Shown in pieces: positions 61,126 to 64,000 of a stretch of 64,000 bases of DNA; within the stretch, counting starts at the first letter, position 1, and each line of letters begins with the position of its first letter. A program made the position numbers and the translations under genes. The DNA is from an uncultured Actinomycetes bacterium (GTDB lineage: Bacteria > Actinomycetota > Acidimicrobiia > IMCC26256 > DASPTH01), in NCBI GenBank assembly GCA_963827385.1, contig CAWHAR010000002.1, forward strand, positions 300,790 to 364,789, given 5' to 3'. The notes beneath the pieces are model-generated. The model did no database searches and was not told where the DNA came from. It saw only the letters and a list, made by a program, of their open reading frames with translations.

Positions 61126-62783
61126 CTGAGGCTGGTGCCGGTGGCGTCGATCGAACGGGTGATGCGCACGGCGTCGAGCAGTGCACGGTCGTGGGTGACG
61201 AGCAGCAGCGTTCCGGTGTAGCTGTCCAGCGCGCTCTCGAGCTGCTCGATCGCTTGCAGATCGAGATGGTTGGTGGGCTCGTCAAGCACGAGGCAGTTGA
61301 CTCCCTGCGCGGCGAAGCGCGCGAGCACTGCGCGCGTGCGCTCGCCCGGTGACAGGCTCGCGGCCACGCGCGTCACGTGGTCGGCGCCCAGACCGAACTT
61401 GGCGAGCAACGACCGCGCCTCGCTCAACGTGAGTGCAGTGGCGCGGACGAAGGCGTCGAGCAACGAGCCGTCGACATCGAACACGGCACGGGCCTGGTCC
61501 ATCTCGCCGACGACGACGCCGGGGCCGATCCAGCGTGTCCCCGACTCGAGGGACAGATCGCCGAGGAGCGCGCGCAACAGCGTCGTCTTCCCCGAGCCGT
61601 TGGGCCCGACGATGGCCAGGCGCTCCGCCCACCCGACCTCCACATCGACCGGTCCGAGGCGGAACGCGCCGCGCTCGACGACGGCGTGCTCGAGCCGCAT
61701 GACCACATCGCCGCTCCGGGCGGTCGACGCCACGTCGAAGCGGAGGTCCCAGCCTTCCCACGGTTTGTCGACCGTCTCCAGCCGCTCGAGTGCCTTCTCG
61801 CTGATCCGGACCTTCGACGCGTTGCGTTCCGACGCGTTGACCCGGAAGTCGCGCTGCGCCTTGTCGTTGTCGCGCGGTGCCCGCTTCTCCTTGCGAACCC
61901 CTTGGACCGACCACTGTCGCTGCGCGCGACCTCGTTCGACGAGTCGGTCGCGCTCGGTGACGAACGACGCGTACTCGTCCTCCGCGTGTTGGCGTGCCGT
62001 GGCGCGCGCGTCGAGGTAACCCTGCCAACCTCCGCCGTACTCTGTCGCGGTGCGCGAGTGTTCGTCGAGCTCGAGCACGCGCGTCACCGTGCGCTGCAAG
62101 AACGCGCGATCGTGACTCACCACGACGACTCCACCCGGGAGCGACTCGAGGAACCGTTCGAGCCGCGCCAACCCGTCGAAGTCGAGATCGTTGGTCGGCT
62201 CGTCGAGCAGGAACACGTCGAACTGGCTCAGCAGCACAGCGGCCAACGACACGCGCGCGGCTTGACCACCCGAGAGCGTCGCCGTCGACACGTCGAGCAG
62301 GTGCTCGGGGAGCCCGAGGTCGCTGCACACCGAACGCACGCGGGCGTCGAAGTCGGGGGCGCCGGAAGCCAGGTACGCATCGAGTGCGCCGGCGTAGTCG
62401 TCGTCACTGCCGGGCACACCGCCCGCGAGCGCGCTCGACGCTCGCTCGAACTCGTCCTCCGCGTCAGTGACACCGGTGCGACGGGCCAGGAGCTCGAACA
62501 CCGTCTCGTGGACATCACGCGCGTGCGTCTGCGGGAGATACCCCACTCGCAACGACGGTGGCGTCGCAGTGACCGTGCCCGAATCGGGTGCGTCGAGCCC
62601 GGCGAGCAGGCGCAGCAGCGTGGTCTTGCCGACGCCGTTGGGCCCGAGCACGCCGAGGCGCGTCCGGGGCCCGACGCTCAACGACACCGCGTCGAGCACC
62701 GGCGCCCCGGCGCGCACGCGACCCAGCCCGTGGGCAACCAGTGAAAACGACGGACGAGCGGACGAGGAAGGAGAAGGAGGCAT
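61122..62783 (-). CDS. ABC-F family ATP-binding cassette protein (two fused ABC domains, no TM domain)
   Basis: Intact; two Walker A (GPNGVGKTT, GPNGSGKTT), two signatures (LSGGQAARVSLA, LSPGERTRAVLA), two Walker B, charged inter-domain linker; start ATG 62783 (alternative 62861). Confidence 0.85.
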   Translation of the reverse strand: MPPSPSSSARPSFSLVAHGLGRVRAGAPVLDAVSLSVGPRTRLGVLGPNGVGKTTLLRLLAGLDAPDSGTVTATPPSLRVGYLPQTHARDVHETVFELLARRTGVTDAEDEFERASSALAGGVPGSDDDYAGALDAYLASGAPDFDARVRSVCSDLGLPEHLLDVSTATLSGGQAARVSLAAVLLSQFDVFLLDEPTNDLDFDGLARLERFLESLPGGVVVVSHDRAFLQRTVTRVLELDEHSRTATEYGGGWQGYLDARATARQHAEDEYASFVTERDRLVERGRAQRQWSVQGVRKEKRAPRDNDKAQRDFRVNASERNASKVRISEKALERLETVDKPWEGWDLRFDVASTARSGDVVMRLEHAVVERGAFRLGPVDVEVGWAERLAIVGPNGSGKTTLLRALLGDLSLESGTRWIGPGVVVGEMDQARAVFDVDGSLLDAFVRATALTLSEARSLLAKFGLGADHVTRVAASLSPGERTRAVLARFAAQGVNCLVLDEPTNHLDLQAIEQLESALDSYTGTLLLVTHDRALLDAVRITRSIDATGTSLS

Positions 62784-62963
62784 ACGACGATCCCGGGTTC
62801 GACAACGACAGGGACGGGATCGGTGCGCTACACGGGCACGATCGTATCGTGCGCCCTCCACGGCACTCGGCCGGATTCCACGGCGGACTTGGCGGCTGAT
62901 CCCACTGGCCGAATGCCGCCCGGCCAGGTTTCATCGGCTTCGACGCGGTCGTAAGGTGACGCG

Positions 62964-63665
62964 ATGGCCCAGCACGAGGCGCTCCGCGCCGAGCTGCTCC
63001 AGTTGGTCGACGACCCCCCGGGCCCGTTGCGCGCGCAGCGGCTCTGGGACATCCTCGACGACCACGAGGGTTGGCCCGGTTGGCGGCTCGTCGGCGCCGA
63101 CGGCGAGCACGCCGCGTGGCTGATCGCGCAACAGGAGATCGACGACGTCGGCCTGCAACGCCGGTGCTTCGAACTGCTCGAGATCTCGGTCGCGTGCGGC
63201 GACGCCGATCCGGTGCACCAGGCGTACCTCGAAGACCGGCTCCGCATGGCCGACGGCCGGCCGCAACGCTTCGGGTCGCAGTTCGTGCGTGACGAACACG
63301 GACGCCTCGTGCCTTGGCACCTCGACGACGTCGAGCGCGTCGACGCGCGCGTCGAGCGTCTCGGGCTCGAGCCGTTCGCCGACCATGCCGCGCGATGGAC
63401 GCGATGTGGCGCGAACGACTCCTTCAGACACCCACCGACGGATCGACCGCGCGCCAGCAGTACCAAGCAGCCACCGACCGGTAGGGCCGGAGCTCGTCAC
63501 CCAACCCGTCGAGCTCGCGCGCCGTCGGCGCGGCCTCCATACGATGCAACCTCCCGAACCCGTTGCGCACCCCGAGGTCGTCGACCGGCCACACGTCGAG
63601 GCGCCGCAGCTGGAAGATCAGGAACATCTCGGCGGTCCACCGACCGATGCCCCGCACCCGGGTGA
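62964..63665 (+). CDS. hypothetical protein (true 3' end uncertain)
   Basis: Protein-like first 150 aa (MAQHEALRAELLQLVDDPPGPLRAQRLWDIL...); distal part overlaps the opposite-strand AlkA gene and turns Arg/Pro-rich, so the real stop is probably earlier or frameshifted. Confidence 0.35.
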   Translation: MAQHEALRAELLQLVDDPPGPLRAQRLWDILDDHEGWPGWRLVGADGEHAAWLIAQQEIDDVGLQRRCFELLEISVACGDADPVHQAYLEDRLRMADGRPQRFGSQFVRDEHGRLVPWHLDDVERVDARVERLGLEPFADHAARWTRCGANDSFRHPPTDRPRASSTKQPPTGRAGARHPTRRARAPSARPPYDATSRTRCAPRGRRPATRRGAAAGRSGTSRRSTDRCPAPG

Positions 63666-63984
63666 GCTCGGCCACGATGTCGGCATCGGACTGGGCGCCG
63701 ATGCGCGCGACCGACACCGTGCCCGCCTCGATCTGCGACGCGAGATCGCGGATCGCCGCCGCCTTGGATCCCGACAGGCCCGCAGCACGGAGCGCCGCGT
63801 CGGGCGTGGCGAGCACCGCGTGCGGCGTGGGACGCCCGCCGTAGATCGCCTCGAACCGACCATGGATCGTGCGGGCTGCGGCGCCCGCGAGCTGCTGGGA
63901 ACAGATCGAGCGGGCGAGCTCGGCGAAGTGCGTCCGGCGCGGCCGCCCCGTCCACCCCATGGTCGGATCACCCACACGCGCCAC
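63424..63984 (-). CDS. DNA-3-methyladenine glycosylase II family protein (HhH-GPD, AlkA-like)
   Basis: VRGIGRWTAEMFLIFQLRRLDVWPVDDLGVRNG helix-hairpin-helix/GPD region with catalytic Asp; 186 aa. Confidence 0.75.
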   Translation of the reverse strand: MARVGDPTMGWTGRPRRTHFAELARSICSQQLAGAAARTIHGRFEAIYGGRPTPHAVLATPDAALRAAGLSGSKAAAIRDLASQIEAGTVSVARIGAQSDADIVAELTRVRGIGRWTAEMFLIFQLRRLDVWPVDDLGVRNGFGRLHRMEAAPTARELDGLGDELRPYRSVAAWYCWRAVDPSVGV

Positions 63985-64000
63985 GATGGCGCGAAACGCC

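Overview
High-GC (about 70%) actinobacterial chromosomal segment, probably from an uncultured or long-read-assembled genome. It is densely coding on both strands, with roughly 70 genes and one tRNA-Cys(GCA).

Gene content in order:
- 0.1-8.6 kb: a catabolic cluster with a CoxL-like molybdopterin oxidoreductase large subunit, cytochrome P450, VOC protein, amidase, and two translationally coupled family-III CoA-transferases.
- 8.7-10.1 kb: an HtrA-like protease.
- 11-17 kb: two DrrAB-like ABC-2 exporters, an SDR, an aldo/keto reductase and tRNA-Cys.
- 17-23.5 kb: two acyl-CoA synthetases and two alpha/beta hydrolases.
- 20.9-21.1 kb: a tandem pair of desulforedoxin-like mini-proteins, not in the ORF track.
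- 23.8 kb: a ferredoxin.
- 24.1-24.7 kb: an LAXTG surface protein.
- 25-28 kb: a low-MW tyrosine phosphatase (LMW-PTP) followed by two branched-chain-type ABC substrate-binding proteins (SBPs) in one operon.
- 28-33 kb: pirin, DUF429, an acetyltransferase and flotillin.
- 33-42 kb: a HIT protein, a small-molecule-modification-like cluster (APH-like kinase, HAD phosphatase, three SAM methyltransferases), and secreted or membrane hypothetical proteins.
- 42-44 kb: a Ku plus LigD-polymerase NHEJ pair.
- 44.6-47.6 kb: a pentapeptide-repeat protein, MmcQ, and a third ABC-2 exporter.
- 49.3-51.8 kb: a large XRE-HTH regulator fused to a repetitive disordered linker and a DUF1080-like domain.
- 52.7-58.8 kb: an Arn-like aminosugar-lipid locus (epimerase/dehydratase, DegT aminotransferase, GT2, acyl-ACP thioesterase, MmpL exporter).
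- 59-64 kb: Spx/ArsC, Aat, an Rpf-like transglycosylase, ABC-F and AlkA.

Three cross-cutting signals stand out:
- About 45 single-base frameshifts break roughly half of the genes. They sit mostly in G/C homopolymer or CG-repeat runs and are concentrated at 14.2-18.9 kb and 42-44 kb.
- A roughly 49-bp near-perfect palindrome, GTTTTGGCGTC..GATATC..GACGCCAAAAC, recurs three times immediately upstream of gene starts.
- There is a lower-GC patch at 33.3-35.3 kb.

No CRISPR array, integrase or transposase was recognised.
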